Shown here piece after piece: positions 1 to 11,896 of a stretch of 64,000 nucleotides of DNA (the first letter of the stretch is position 1; every line of letters begins with the position of its first letter). The notes beneath the pieces were generated by a model that worked only from the letters and a program-made list of their open reading frames with translations, did not search any database and was not told where the DNA came from. Origin of the DNA: Schizosaccharomyces osmophilus (Eukaryota); NCBI RefSeq assembly GCF_027921745.1, contig NC_079238.1:4960001-5024000 (forward strand). The letters are read 5' to 3'. Made by a program: the position numbers and the translations under genes.

Positions 1-539
1 GGAAGAAGACCCAAAAGACTGAAGAAACTATCGTCGTCAAGTACCAAGATGAGCGGCTAAGGTTTGTTTTTCGACAACCAAGACTCTCCAAGGTTTCTTA
101 CTTAAATCTTCTTCAGCGGGTTTGCAAAGCCTTTGGGGTTGTTCCTGAAAAGGTATATTTGGAGTTTGATGGAAAAGAGCTTCAAGATGTCTCTCTTGCC
201 CAACAATATATAAGAGATGGATCTGTATTACATTTAAAGCCACATCCTCTTAGTCCTGCCTCACAGCAAATTGAAGCGTATAAAGCAGACCTGCAAAAGA
301 ACGTTCTTCCCCTTGTGCAGCAATTTTGCTCCTCTCCTCCCTCTGATGCGCAAGCGGTTCAAGACGAACATGTTCGTCTTACAGAGACTTTGCTTGGCAG
401 AATGATTCGCCTTGATGCTATTGATGTTCAGGACGAGCCTGATACACGTTTAAAGCGAAAAGAAACTGTCCGATGGACACAAGGGTTTTTCCAGGAACTA
501 GATATAACGAAATCTAACTCTCTAAAAGGGTTGAAATAA
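1..539 (+). CDS. bag102: BAG-domain co-chaperone (ubiquitin-like segment + BAG), 5' end outside window
   Basis: Frame is open from nt 3 to TAA at 539. C-terminal BAG-like helices (RLTETLLGRMIRLDAIDV...RLKRKETVRWTQ). bag102 rather than bag101 is inferred from position near gyp1. Confidence 0.75.
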   Translation, partial: KKTQKTEETIVVKYQDERLRFVFRQPRLSKVSYLNLLQRVCKAFGVVPEKVYLEFDGKELQDVSLAQQYIRDGSVLHLKPHPLSPASQQIEAYKADLQKNVLPLVQQFCSSPPSDAQAVQDEHVRLTETLLGRMIRLDAIDVQDEPDTRLKRKETVRWTQGFFQELDITKSNSLKGLK

Positions 540-858
540 CATTTTTTGGACCTGTTTGCGTCTAAATTGACTAGATAATCTGCTCACTAAAACTATATGC
601 ATTGCTTTTGCTTTTCACGACTCAATATTACTTCTTTTTCATACTTTCAAAACTTCACAGCATCTTTTTTTACACTTTCGTATGCATAAATTCTGTTGTG
701 AACAACATATGTTTACTAAAGCATTTTCCTTCTATGCCGTAAACGGAATTTACAACCTGCTTCGAACTCTTTATATGGAAAGCCAGGTCCATTCATTTTC
801 TCTTTACCACTATTGAATTCTTTCCTTTTTCTCAGTAAAAATCCCGAATTTTATACCT

Positions 859-1215
859 ATGGTAAGAACCAAATTAAATAAGAAGAATTAACGGAGGGTA
901 GACCGCCATATTCAATTTTCAAAGTTTGTTGTCGGTGCTCTTGTTGACTGTCTGTACTTGTACCTACATTCACAGACAATTTCCCGCTTTATTTGATAAA
1001 AGAAAAGAAGGGTATGCCATATTTGGATTTGTAAAAGAAATATCATGGTTCTGACCGCTAATAGTGTAACTACCGTATTTTGGAAATGCGCGAGAATCGG
1101 TGAGCGTGCTAGTCCCGTATGTTTTTTTGCTTAGTAGAAATGCATCTTACCATATCAGTATATTTCTCTTTTCTGTGTTTTCATGGCCCTACGATTAATG
1201 CTTGGTTCCAGTTAA
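859..1215 (+). CDS. ksh1: Kish family small Golgi membrane protein, 4 exons (859-861, 902-1011, 1065-1116, 1159-1215)
   Basis: Not in ORF track. Manual splicing (GTAAGA..TAG, GTATGC..TAG, GTATGT..CAG) gives MTAIFNFQSLLSVLLLTVCTCTYIHRQFPALFDKRKEGVTTVFWKCARIGERASPYISLFCVFMALRLMLGSS, carrying the Kish/TMEM167 motifs AIFNFQSLL and FWKCARIGER. Confidence 0.93.
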
Positions 1216-2836
1216 ACAATCCTGGAGGATTCTCCTTCATTTTAAGAAGCAGCAGAGAAACAGAAAACCAACCGCCTTAATGCTTATGATACAATAATTA
1301 TGACCATCTCTTTCTTTTGTACGGTAATTTTGGATTCTCATCTAAACCTGTACAAGTGATTTTTCTTTTGTACCATCTACATGAACACTCATTGTATGAA
1401 CAATGTGCGTTGTAGTATTTCAATGGATTATCTCTAGAAATTATCTTAACTATCTTCTCTATGATGTTCTTTTCTGCTTTTTACCATAAAATAAGATACC
1501 CAGTCTTTCGGATTGCCAATGGGCAAAGTTTCCAATCATGATTACAGAAAATATCTTTGATCGTCGGATAGAACATGATATCGTTATTGATTTTTGAAAG
1601 TAAAAGTTGATAGGATCTAACGTGAAGTGAGAAAAATTTGTTTGTTATGAAGAACGATTATGGTCACACTGGAGGTTTAGGATTTTCATTGCTTTTGAGC
1701 TATACAAGGGCCAGCGTTGTGCACTAATGGAATTAAATTGGATGAGTAGACTATTGTATTCAAAATCGATGCAACAAATCTTTACGGATAAGAATGATAG
1801 AGATTATGAAATGGATAAAAAAAAATATTGGAAGCTTAAAGTAATCGTCTTTAAAACAGATTCAGGTGAACAAAACTAGCACTTTAAACTTGACTCTTAT
1901 AAAATGGAGAGGCCCTTTTCGTTTTCACAAAATGAAGTACGCATAATGATACTGTATGAATTTTAGAATCGGTGTAATTTTCACAAAGTAAGAATAAATA
2001 AAAGAAAAACTTAAACTGAAATTGAGGTTTTGATTACAAAGTCATTTCCCGAAATGCTTGTGGCACCGTCTGCTTCGGCGAATAGTTCATGAGTCTTTAA
2101 AAATAAATGAAAATAGAACACATTGATTCGACTGCTATTCTTTACAATATGTAGACCCTTTAAATCAACAAGCAATTATCACATCTATAGTACAAAAGCA
2201 GGACGCACGTGTACTCTAATGAAATTAACAACAATAATTTTAATTGAGAATACACTAAAAATATAAGTTACTGTATAGTAAAACAAAAGAGAAAAAAAAT
2301 TAAAATTGGATCTATGATTATTTTTTCCGGCTTATGCAATTCTGCAAAAAGTCCAACACTTTGTCATGATCAAAAGCGGTATTAAGGGTCCATGTACATA
2401 TAATCTTCTATCGATGCTTAACAATACCGTCAAAATTTAAGTCATTCACTCAACATAAATATTCAAAAGTGCCGGACTTGTAATAACGATAAAGACCTAA
2501 AAGTCATCATATATTTAAGGAGATATTGATAAAAGGAACACAGAAAGGAAGGGAAGGTTCAGAGAGAAAGTCTTATATTCATATCTCTTTGGGAAAAAGC
2601 GTGATAAATAAATAGTGATCCTATAAAGAGACGTAATCAGTCTTGCATGCGAGAAACAATATTTAGAAATTTATACCTGATAAGGGGCTAAGACATTGCA
2701 ATTAATTACCAGAGACTCATACAAATGATACAGCTTGGAATAAAAGCCGACCTTTTCATCAAAGTATACACTGACGGAACATTAGAATTTAGTAGCTTTT
2801 CGGTTTCATAAAAAAAAAAGTCCTCCACCTTTAAGG

Positions 2837-4384
2837 TTATCGTCTCAAGTGGGCACCCGCTCCACTATATAGCGACTTCCAAAGAAATGCTTCAGAAAGT
2901 AAAACTTCGATATCACTGACAGTCCAGCTGTCAGTAGGGATTGACTGTAAAAACATTAATATGTCTTGGAATTCCATCTGTTGTAACCCTATGGACCATT
3001 TAACCAAAAAGGCGGCGCAAACATACAAATGAAATTCCGAGAATCCTTGTGTTCCTTCGGCCAAATATGTGTCCCACATACGAATAATGTTTGTAATGCT
3101 TAACTCACGCATCAAAAGACAATTCATCCAACGAAAACTGAATTGCATAAAGTCCACACCCTCTGCCTGGAGATGCGCAACAAGAGGCTCATCTATTCGT
3201 AATGTTAGTTCGCGAAGGTTATTGATTTGTCGATGGATTCCTGGTTGAGCATGAATATAATTGTCTTGGATTCCATCTAATAATTTGGAGAGGCACCAGT
3301 AAGAATCGGCTTCTATATTGTTGAGTGTAGGTTCATCAAAAAGAGAAACGTCATAAGTCATAGGTTCGTTATCATCAGTATATTCGAAAAGGAAGACTTG
3401 GAAAAATGGAGTTACAAGATCACTTATACCTTGAACGTAACCGCTTGCAGGGTGCCGTGAAGCCCAAACATAAAGTATGCGTTCAAGGATTCTTTGGGTC
3501 ACGGGATTTTGATAAAGGGGTATAAAAGGGTTTGTACGAGGAACATCAAGGACGATTTGACGCCAAATACTCTGATCAAGAACAGACAGATCCGACCCAG
3601 TGCGAAAATTGGCGTCCTTTGCACTTAAATACTCATCTCTTTTCCTTTGTAATGTTGAATCGCGACGAGAGGCATTACACGGCAGGTATCCTAACAAGTA
3701 CTTCCAAACGATAGGTCGTAACTGGGCGGGTATACCATTCCATGCCAAAGTTCTCAAAGCATTTAAATCAACCACAGGGGCATCTAAAATTCGTATAAAC
3801 TTCTTTATACGAGAAATATGTGCGTTTGCTTCTGCAATTTCCACTTCGACCGAACGTGGAGTAGATTGACAGGAGGAAGCTCTGCTAAATGAAGGCATCG
3901 TCCTCGAATAGGTAGGGTCTTGTCCTCCTCTTGGAAAAACGCTCCGACCAGAAGACGTAGGTGTAGACGATCTGGCAGACTTACAAAGTGATTTCGGAGT
4001 AATCACGTTAGACAAACCCCAAGCATCATCTGTTTGTGAAAGATATTTGGCAAACTTGGATGAAACTCGTTTTCCAATACCGCCTTCTAAAGAAGTACTA
4101 GATCTAGCTATTGGTGCGTGAAGAGGAGGACTTGACTTCGTCTCTGTAATTGACCGTGAGGAGGGCGAGACAACTGGGCTAGACAAAGTACTTCCTTGAG
4201 GAGAGCTTCCGTTCATTTCAGTCTTAATCGGATATATTTTTGTAGACGAACTCCTTACATGCTTAGGACGTGTGTTGTGCTTTCGGTCAACACCAGCAAT
4301 GGAATCAGAAGACGAGCCAAGAGTCCCATTCCAAATTCCAGAAAGCGTCCGCAAAGTAGACGATTTTCTTGATTGAGATTCCAT
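2837..4384 (-). CDS. gyp1: TBC-domain Rab GTPase-activating protein
   Basis: Ser-rich N-terminus, TBC arginine finger IVLDVPRT and glutamine finger YVQG, FSFRWMNCLLMRE motif. First ATG at 4384 (MESQSRK). Confidence 0.93.
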   Translation of the reverse strand: MESQSRKSSTLRTLSGIWNGTLGSSSDSIAGVDRKHNTRPKHVRSSSTKIYPIKTEMNGSSPQGSTLSSPVVSPSSRSITETKSSPPLHAPIARSSTSLEGGIGKRVSSKFAKYLSQTDDAWGLSNVITPKSLCKSARSSTPTSSGRSVFPRGGQDPTYSRTMPSFSRASSCQSTPRSVEVEIAEANAHISRIKKFIRILDAPVVDLNALRTLAWNGIPAQLRPIVWKYLLGYLPCNASRRDSTLQRKRDEYLSAKDANFRTGSDLSVLDQSIWRQIVLDVPRTNPFIPLYQNPVTQRILERILYVWASRHPASGYVQGISDLVTPFFQVFLFEYTDDNEPMTYDVSLFDEPTLNNIEADSYWCLSKLLDGIQDNYIHAQPGIHRQINNLRELTLRIDEPLVAHLQAEGVDFMQFSFRWMNCLLMRELSITNIIRMWDTYLAEGTQGFSEFHLYVCAAFLVKWSIGLQQMEFQDILMFLQSIPTDSWTVSDIEVLLSEAFLWKSLYSGAGAHLRR

Positions 4385-5971
4385 GTCGATAACTATATTC
4401 GTAGTGAATAAATTATATAAGTTAGTGTTTCGGACCCGAAATTTATCGACAGCCTTCAATTAAATCGACTAGAATATGGAGCTAATAATAATTCCTGGAA
4501 AAATATATATATAGGTGAGTAAAACAAAAAAAAAAGAAATGAAAGATATTGAGGACAAAGACTATAGATTCTCCATAAGATACGAAAAGGAAGCTCCTGT
4601 GAAGAATTGAATTAAGAAAAGAGCGTTGACCTTGTTTAATAGCAACGAAAGAATTACGGAATTGCTTTTTGTATAAAGAAAAAAAAAAAAATATATCTGT
4701 ACCTTGGTCAATTATTAGGGACGTTTGATCTAGTCCAGTAACGACTCATGCAATTCAAACCAAACGGGCTATTTGAAATCAAAATATAGCTTCTTGTATT
4801 TGAAAGTAGCTTTTTCTTCTTAGAAATCAAGAAACCTCAACAGGTTCCCACGAATTCCTAAAAACAGGAGATTTGATGTTTTAGGTAGTATGCACGTTGT
4901 AGTGGTATAATGAGAAAGCAGGAATATAAACAAAGGAACTTTAGTTGGGTAGAAGAACAGTTGCTCGAATGATAATATAGAAAATAAATATCTTCTACAT
5001 TAAATTTTGTTTTATTTTTAGTTTGATAAGCCTTGTGAAACAATCTTGAACTTGTTTTAAGCATCAAACCTCATATCCCAGTCGTCAGTCGTTGGCCCCT
5101 CAAGGTCAAAAAAATAACACAAACAAAGACTAAAGAGGAAAAGATTCGTTCGTCGCTCCTAGAGTAACGTCTGCGGTTTTGAAGTAACTCGATTGTACTT
5201 GAACTTGGATTTTTTGATCTGCTGCAAGTCGTCCACATGTAAACAGCGTTTTCAGAAACCAAAGTTGTGTTATAAATCCATCTTCTCCTACTTCTAAAGT
5301 TATTTCTCGAGCTTTCCATTCCGCCGTTTTAAGCACCATCGAGTACTCATTGGTAAGTCGCTATGATGACAGTAGGAAAAGTACAAAGATCGATAGGCAA
5401 GACCATGTAGAAAAAAAGCTCTTACTCTTACTCTCGCATTCAAAGGGAAAACACACAAGGCTAACCTGTCTCGTTCAAGACTCGCAATCTCCTATGAACA
5501 GGTTCATCTCAATATTCTGCAGCTGAAGCTGGTTTAATTTGACATGAGTACAAAATCCAAAAGTGACTGAAATAGTCAATAGAGTTCTGTTTCGTTTCAC
5601 ACTTCATCTTATGTCTACACAAACAATGTAGCAACCTCTTACCAATGGAAATCTAAGTTATTAGTAGCTAGATCAAAAGTAACCTTTGAAAACTTGAAGT
5701 AACCTTCAGTAAGATTTTAAGAATGTAATCGACCGCACCTAATCATTTATGCAGGGGAAGGACGTGAATCCTATGCATCTTTAAGTGAGCGGATCAGGCT
5801 GAAATGAGGTTGTTTTTTTAAAAAATAATTCAAAAGAAGAGATTATTCTTCTGAAGTTTAAATTCAGAGAGTTCTCTTTTTGAAGAAAGCATTTCTTTGT
5901 CATGTCATTTGAGGTTATCTTCCACAATACCTTGGTTCAGAGTGGAAAGCCTCATTTTCTTTGGAAACATA

Positions 5972-5977
5972 ACGCGT
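5972..5977. promoter_or_regulatory. MCB element (ACGCGT) upstream of sim3
   Basis: Exact ACGCGT about 140 bp upstream of the sim3 ATG. Confidence 0.4.
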
Positions 5978-6117
5978 TTTTGTTGGAAGAATTAATTAAC
6001 TCTTGTTAGTAAATCGAATTTCTAAAACTCTTGAACTATTTGCATTCGTTGAGGTTTAATTTGAAAACCTTACTAGTCGTCTTGCTTTAGCTAGCAACTA
6101 ATATTTAAACTTGGAAT

Positions 6118-7308
6118 ATGTCTTCCGAGAATGAGAAATCTGTTGGATTACAAGAACAAAATCTTCAAGACGTTTCCTTCAAGTCTGAGAGTCATGAATC
6201 TATAGAAAAGTTCATCACTCAAGGAAACATGGCCTACGCACAAAAAGACTACGAGTCGGCAGTCGAAAAATACAGCCAGGCTTTGATTGAATCTGAAAAT
6301 AATTATGGTTCTGATAGTCTTGAAAATCGGAATATCCTATGGTTGTATGGAAAGGCACTTTTCCAAGTTGCTGTAGCAAATAGTCAAGTCTTAGGAAATG
6401 CTGTAGATCCAGAAGAGGGCGCAGAAGGAGAGGAAGAAGAGCAAGCAGAGCCCATTGGCTCCTTTTCTTTCACTGGCCAAAAGATAGAAAACCGTTATGC
6501 TGCCCCTGCAACAAATGAACAAGCAGACGGTTCAGCACAAGATAAAAAGGAAGAAGAAGAAGGACAAGAAGAGCAAGAGCAAGATGAAGATGACTTTAGT
6601 GTTGCTTGGGAAGTTTTAGATTTAACTCGGGTTATGCAAACCAATGCTATAGAAAAACACCCGGAGTCGTCAGATGAAAAGTTACGTCTTGCGGATGTTT
6701 TGGACCTACTCGGTGAGTTATCCTTAGAAATTGAAAATTTTGCACAGGCCTCTGAGGATTTGCAATCTGCTCTTCATTGGAAGGAGCAGGTTTACAAAGA
6801 AGGAAATACTTTGCTTAGCGAGGCCCATTATAAATTAGCTTTGGCTCTTGAATTTGCAAATCCAAGCGATCCTTCCACAAAGGATCGCGCCCGCGAGCAT
6901 GTTGAAACGGCAGCTAATATTTTACGGGATATTCTCGAAAAACGAAAATTAAAAGAACAGGAAAAGAAAGGGAAGGAAAGGGAAGGAATAGAGGAAATTG
7001 TCGGGTCAACAATTGATGATTTGCAAGAAATGTTGGGTGAACTGGAGCAGAAAGCTTACGATTTGAAACATGGTGCACCTTCTCTAGAGGAGGCTGTAGC
7101 TTCTAAGATGCACGAATCTTCTCTTCTTTCCGGAAAAGATGGAAATTTGGCTTCCGCTGTGGCAGACGCATTGCAGAATGCAAATGACTTGGGAGGAGTC
7201 GTCAAACGCAAACGACCCAAGCAAGAATCTCAAGCCACGCAACAAGAGGATCAGAACAAAAAGCCAAAATCAGAACCAGAATCTGATGAAAGGCAGGATC
7301 CAAAATAA
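6118..7308 (+). CDS. sim3: NASP-family SHNi-TPR histone H3/CENP-A chaperone
   Basis: TPR helices interrupted by an acidic tract, DDFSVAWEVLDL motif, LGELSLEIENF, C-terminal basic NLS (VKRKRPK). Confidence 0.92.
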   Translation: MSSENEKSVGLQEQNLQDVSFKSESHESIEKFITQGNMAYAQKDYESAVEKYSQALIESENNYGSDSLENRNILWLYGKALFQVAVANSQVLGNAVDPEEGAEGEEEEQAEPIGSFSFTGQKIENRYAAPATNEQADGSAQDKKEEEEGQEEQEQDEDDFSVAWEVLDLTRVMQTNAIEKHPESSDEKLRLADVLDLLGELSLEIENFAQASEDLQSALHWKEQVYKEGNTLLSEAHYKLALALEFANPSDPSTKDRAREHVETAANILRDILEKRKLKEQEKKGKEREGIEEIVGSTIDDLQEMLGELEQKAYDLKHGAPSLEEAVASKMHESSLLSGKDGNLASAVADALQNANDLGGVVKRKRPKQESQATQQEDQNKKPKSEPESDERQDPK

Positions 7309-7782
7309 AATCTTGAAACTATGAGCAAACGGAAACTCTTTGCTTTACACACCTTCGTCTTCTGAATTTTGCCCAGTGTATTCCAAGGGGCAATTAAATT
7401 ACATGTGCTTACATGAATGATGAATGATATCTTTCAATGCCTTTCTCTTGCTTGTTTCCATTTAACCGCTGTAGTTTGTAGAGAATGTTGTATATCATAC
7501 TGAGGGTTTCTGTTATCATATTATCATTGACTACATTATCTTTTGATCCTTCGCAAAAGATTAAGTCTCACTGAATTTTCTAAGACTCATTCTAGTTTAC
7601 TGAAATTTATCTAATGTACTGTATTCCATTTAGGAATAGTTTGCGCACCTTCGTTAATTTATTACTACAGACAAGTTCAGGATTTTAACCACAGCCAGCG
7701 ACTCGAAGGATTATTTGATAATACTTTTCTACTTTACTTAGTTTGACAGTTCATACGTCGAATCTTTTAAAAAGGATAGAGA

Positions 7783-8559
7783 ATGGCGTTTAGAAATCCC
7801 ATGTACCAATTGTCCAATGTGGATGATATAGACAGCGAAGTTTTGAATTCGAGATTTTCATCAGAAGCCAAAGATGATGGATTGGCTCGCCGGCGTACAA
7901 CACTAGCTGTATGCGCTACGAAGAAAGATCTTTACATGTACGGCACGACCCCAGCTGGAGGGGCAGAATGGTGCTCCTGAGGTGCTTGAACGCTCAAGAC
8001 CTCGGATAGCTCACAAGCGTCAGAGGCGTCGCCATGTTCCGCGTTGGATTAGTGACAGTTTTCGAACGTGTTTGCCCAGCCCATCCGGCAAATGGAAGGA
8101 ACAGACGGCAAATGAAGGGGAGGGTCGTGTCAGAAATTCATGGCTTGCGGCCTGTGATGAGCGAATTGGTATCGCTGAACCAACGAATTACTGGCATGGA
8201 ATTATTCATACAGAAGACGATAACTCAAGAACGCTGTATCTGATACCGGAAACCTGGGAGGATGTTCACTTAAAAGAAGGGTAAAGCGGAGAAAATGTTG
8301 AAACGAGCTACTAACATGTGTTTAGATTTGTTGCTATTATTGATTTGGCAGCTGAGCGATTACGATGCACAAAACTAATTCTTTTCGTGGATAAAAATCT
8401 GTCTGCATTATGTACGTTTTCTTCCTTTCTTGCATTCCTGATCTTCATAAATACTAATTATCTTTAGCGTATCTTGTCAAAAGTCTACATTGGGTAGGTT
8501 TTGAACCCATTCCTCATTTGGATTGCGTTGATCATGTGCTTTTTGGAATGGAACTTTAG
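7783..8559 (+). CDS. spa1: Ornithine decarboxylase antizyme, +1 ribosomal frameshift at TCC-TGA (7975-7980); introns 8281-8325 and 8412-8467
   Basis: ORF1 ends GGAEWCS-TGA and ORF2 opens in the +1 frame (GAG GTG CTT...). The spliced C-terminus LKEGFVAIIDLAAERLRCTKLILFV...LVKSLHWVGFE matches the antizyme domain. Confidence 0.96.
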
Positions 8560-9095
8560 TATTTTTATGACTTGAATATTTTTGGCTGCATGTGGACGTC
8601 AATTATGTTCAAATTTAAACCGTATAAACTCGAAAACAGTAGATTGCCTGCTTTCTCCCCTCTTATATTATTTCAATCCGTGTAGTTTATGGTACCGAAT
8701 GTGTTGTCCTAATTTTCATTTTTTTTTCCTTTTCGATAAAGCCCATCCAAGGACACATTTCGCCAAAGATATATATATGTTGTGCCTTATTGTTTTCAAT
8801 GTCTTTATTTTCTACAAAGGTGAATTTCGTTACTAATTGTTATGTATACCGTCCTAATACGTTACCGCTCTTTTTAAATTTTGTTTTTAAATTCAATATT
8901 GTTTACATGTCGGTTAATATCATTTGTTAATTACTGGTATCTATATTACTGTTTTCTTTCTATTCTTAAAGGTTGCTTTCACCTTGTTCAATGAGTTATG
9001 TCATTTTTCTTGCTGGTCTCATTTCCAAAATTATAAATAATTATTACTCATTAAAAAAATACAAAATTTAGATAAAAAAAGTCATAACTGAGATA

Positions 9096-11896
9096 TCATG
9101 AAGCCTTACTCATAAAGTAAGCATTCCTAGCTTCTTTCATGATTTCACCTTCTTTGTCTTTGTTGGTTCTCACAGTGTGCAGTATGAAAGTTGATAAAGC
9201 AGGACGATGGTCTGAACAACGAACATCAACCGACGTGTATGTTGTCCTAGTAATCTAGATAATGTGTCAGTTTGCTTTCCTCCCCAATTCACAATCACTT
9301 ACATTCTTTGACGACAATATTCTATCAGTCCAGGACGGAACACGTTGTTTTTCCCTTTGAAGAATTAGTTTATCATCTCTTTTATTGGTCTTCCTTCTTC
9401 TATATCTTCTATATTCGTGAAACTTACGATGTATCATAGTCATTTGTGTTGTAGTCAAATTTGTAGGTCGGTTGAAAAGTAAGCTGACTTTCAATGAGAT
9501 TCATAAAAACGCGATTTTCATTCATTTCTTTCCGTAGCTGATCATACGAATACAGCTTACTCAAATCACCAACTTCGATCAGTTTTCGAACTTCGTCATT
9601 GTCCGCATCAATGCGATAATTAAAATCACCCAGCCAAATAATATTGCTAAATTCCTCATTAGTTGCTTTAATTTAAATAACAAAAAAGGTACCTGTGATC
9701 ATAGATCTTCATGCCAGACGAAAATACCAGTCCATCTGCAATTGATGCGTATTCCATATTTCGCTCGTTAATATTGTTAGTCTTCGGTGCGAAATGGGAA
9801 GATACAAAGCAAATGTCGGTATCAAAAAAGTTTAACTCGATCGCTACTGCTCCTTTATTTGCTGTGAATCCTCCAAAACCGGTTTTACGGGTAGCTTTCG
9901 AAACTTTCGAGATGGCATTCAGCCGGTCTTCCCGGACAATAACTGTAAGGAAAACACCCGTCAACTGAGCAGAGCTAATCAAAACATATTTATTATGAGA
10001 ATTGGAATTCAGCGTTTGCAAAATTTTTTCTTCCCATAGCTTCATTTTTTGTGAGCTTGTATTCACAAGATGGCCGATAGTTAAGTTAACGAGTTCTTGA
10101 ATACCTAGAACATATAAATCAAATGCTGGTGTTTGTTCACCATACGGTAAAAGCCACTTTTCAAATTCTTCCGTGGAAGGGATTTTGCCGTTTGTATTAA
10201 ATGTTGTGGTGTAGATTGAGCATTCATTGTGGGTAACATATTCATCATGGCGCTGATATAAAACCCCTTGAACGTAAGAAGACACTGAGTCAGCTATTAA
10301 AACAGACTTTTGCCCTACAAAGGCGCCAAGAAGGTATAGTATAGTATTTTGAGTCTCCTCATCCGGAAACCTTCCAAAATACATTCGGCCAAATGTCTTC
10401 GTCAAATCGCTTAAGGATCCAGAGAATGAAGAATACCCTCTTCGAGAAATACTTGAACCAATGGATCCAACTCCAGTCACCAACTTGGCAATTACATCCC
10501 CATTGTTGGACCAAAGATGGCCATGCAATTCACGGATTCCATCGGAAAGCTCGGTGTTTACAGAGCTGAACAAATCCTTCAGGATTGTTTCCGAAATCTT
10601 CCACTGAGCTAGGTTCGTTCGTCCAAGGCAATCAATATCATTTGTGCGAATTACACCATTTTGAACGCAGGAAGGAGTATCTGAATCGAAGTTTTGAATG
10701 TGAAAAGACATATCCTTGAGTGTATCTTGCACAAATCTTATAAAACTAGCTTCAAAATTTGACTTGCTTGTATCCAATGAATAATGAAATTGCTTTGTAA
10801 CAACAGGGAAAGGAAGCAGTATCAAATGATGCTTAAAAGCTTCTTTTAATGGACCCTCAACCTTGCCATCATCTAAAAGATCCAAAACATAAATTTTTTT
10901 GTAAGCTCTTTGCAGCTTAACGAAGTGACGATTAAAAGGACCTTGGCTTGCTTTCTCAGAAGTCGTGAACGACACGTTAGGGCCATACCAAGACGAATAC
11001 TCTTGTTCCCAAAAACAAGGGACAGTCCCGCGGATCTGTAAAAAGCTAGCAAGTTTCTTATTCGCTTGGACGACAAACTCAGTTTCCACAAATAGCGAAC
11101 AGAAAGCGTCATCATCTAAACCAGACGGAGGATACGTTTGTTTGGAGCCGTAACTACTGAGTTTCGAAATGATGGCCATTGCGAAAATGCTATTATCGTA
11201 GGATTCAACATAGCCACGAAAGCAACGTAGCAATAATGAGGGAAGTCTTTCATTTATGTGGGTTTCGTCAAAATGCGTAGCGAATTCTCGAATCATGAAT
11301 TGATTCCAGCAATAAATCTCCCAAGACGAAGTCGGCGTGTTTGGATCTAATTTGGTAAAACAGCAAATGTCAGTGGATGCATAGAAAGTGCCATCCGTGA
11401 GCAACTCACCTAAATTGGTTAACGGATGATACTCAGTTACCTTCGAAGAGCTTATGAAATTTTTGTCCCCCAACGTTGGATTGGAATCGTTTTGAATTAA
11501 CGAAGAGTATAATTGCTGTATTCCGTCGGAATCACGACCAAACTTGCCATCGTCCCAAGTATCTTGATCTAAAGAAACGAATTCAACAGACTGTATCTGA
11601 AAAGTTGGCTCTTTCGTTCCCATTTGGAGCGCTAGCTTCGCTGATCGAACAATACATACGAAAACGCTTCCATTACCGTTCCCAAAAGAGTGATAGAAGG
11701 CTCCTAATATACCAATAACTGGTCTTCCTCCATTTAAAGGTTCAAAGCCTGACAATTCTTCAAACTCTCTATGAGAAATAATACTCAAAGTAATCAACGC
11801 TTCTGAAGAACCATTGAGTGGTTTTTGCAGTATAGCTACCCAACCATTAGTAACAAAAGCTAAAGATCTTTCATGTTTTCTTATATAGCTAAACAT
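9096..11896 (-). CDS. syj2: Synaptojanin-like inositol polyphosphate 5-phosphatase (SAC-like domain + 5-phosphatase), spliced at 3' end
   Basis: SAC-like region ([20 protein letters not shown]) and 5-phosphatase motifs [31 protein letters not shown] across three 3' introns. Last exon 9254-9096. Confidence 0.88.

Noticed and set aside
7978..7980. Stop codon and frame break in spa1 read as pseudogene or assembly error
   Set aside because: It matches the conserved antizyme UCC-UGA frameshift site exactly.
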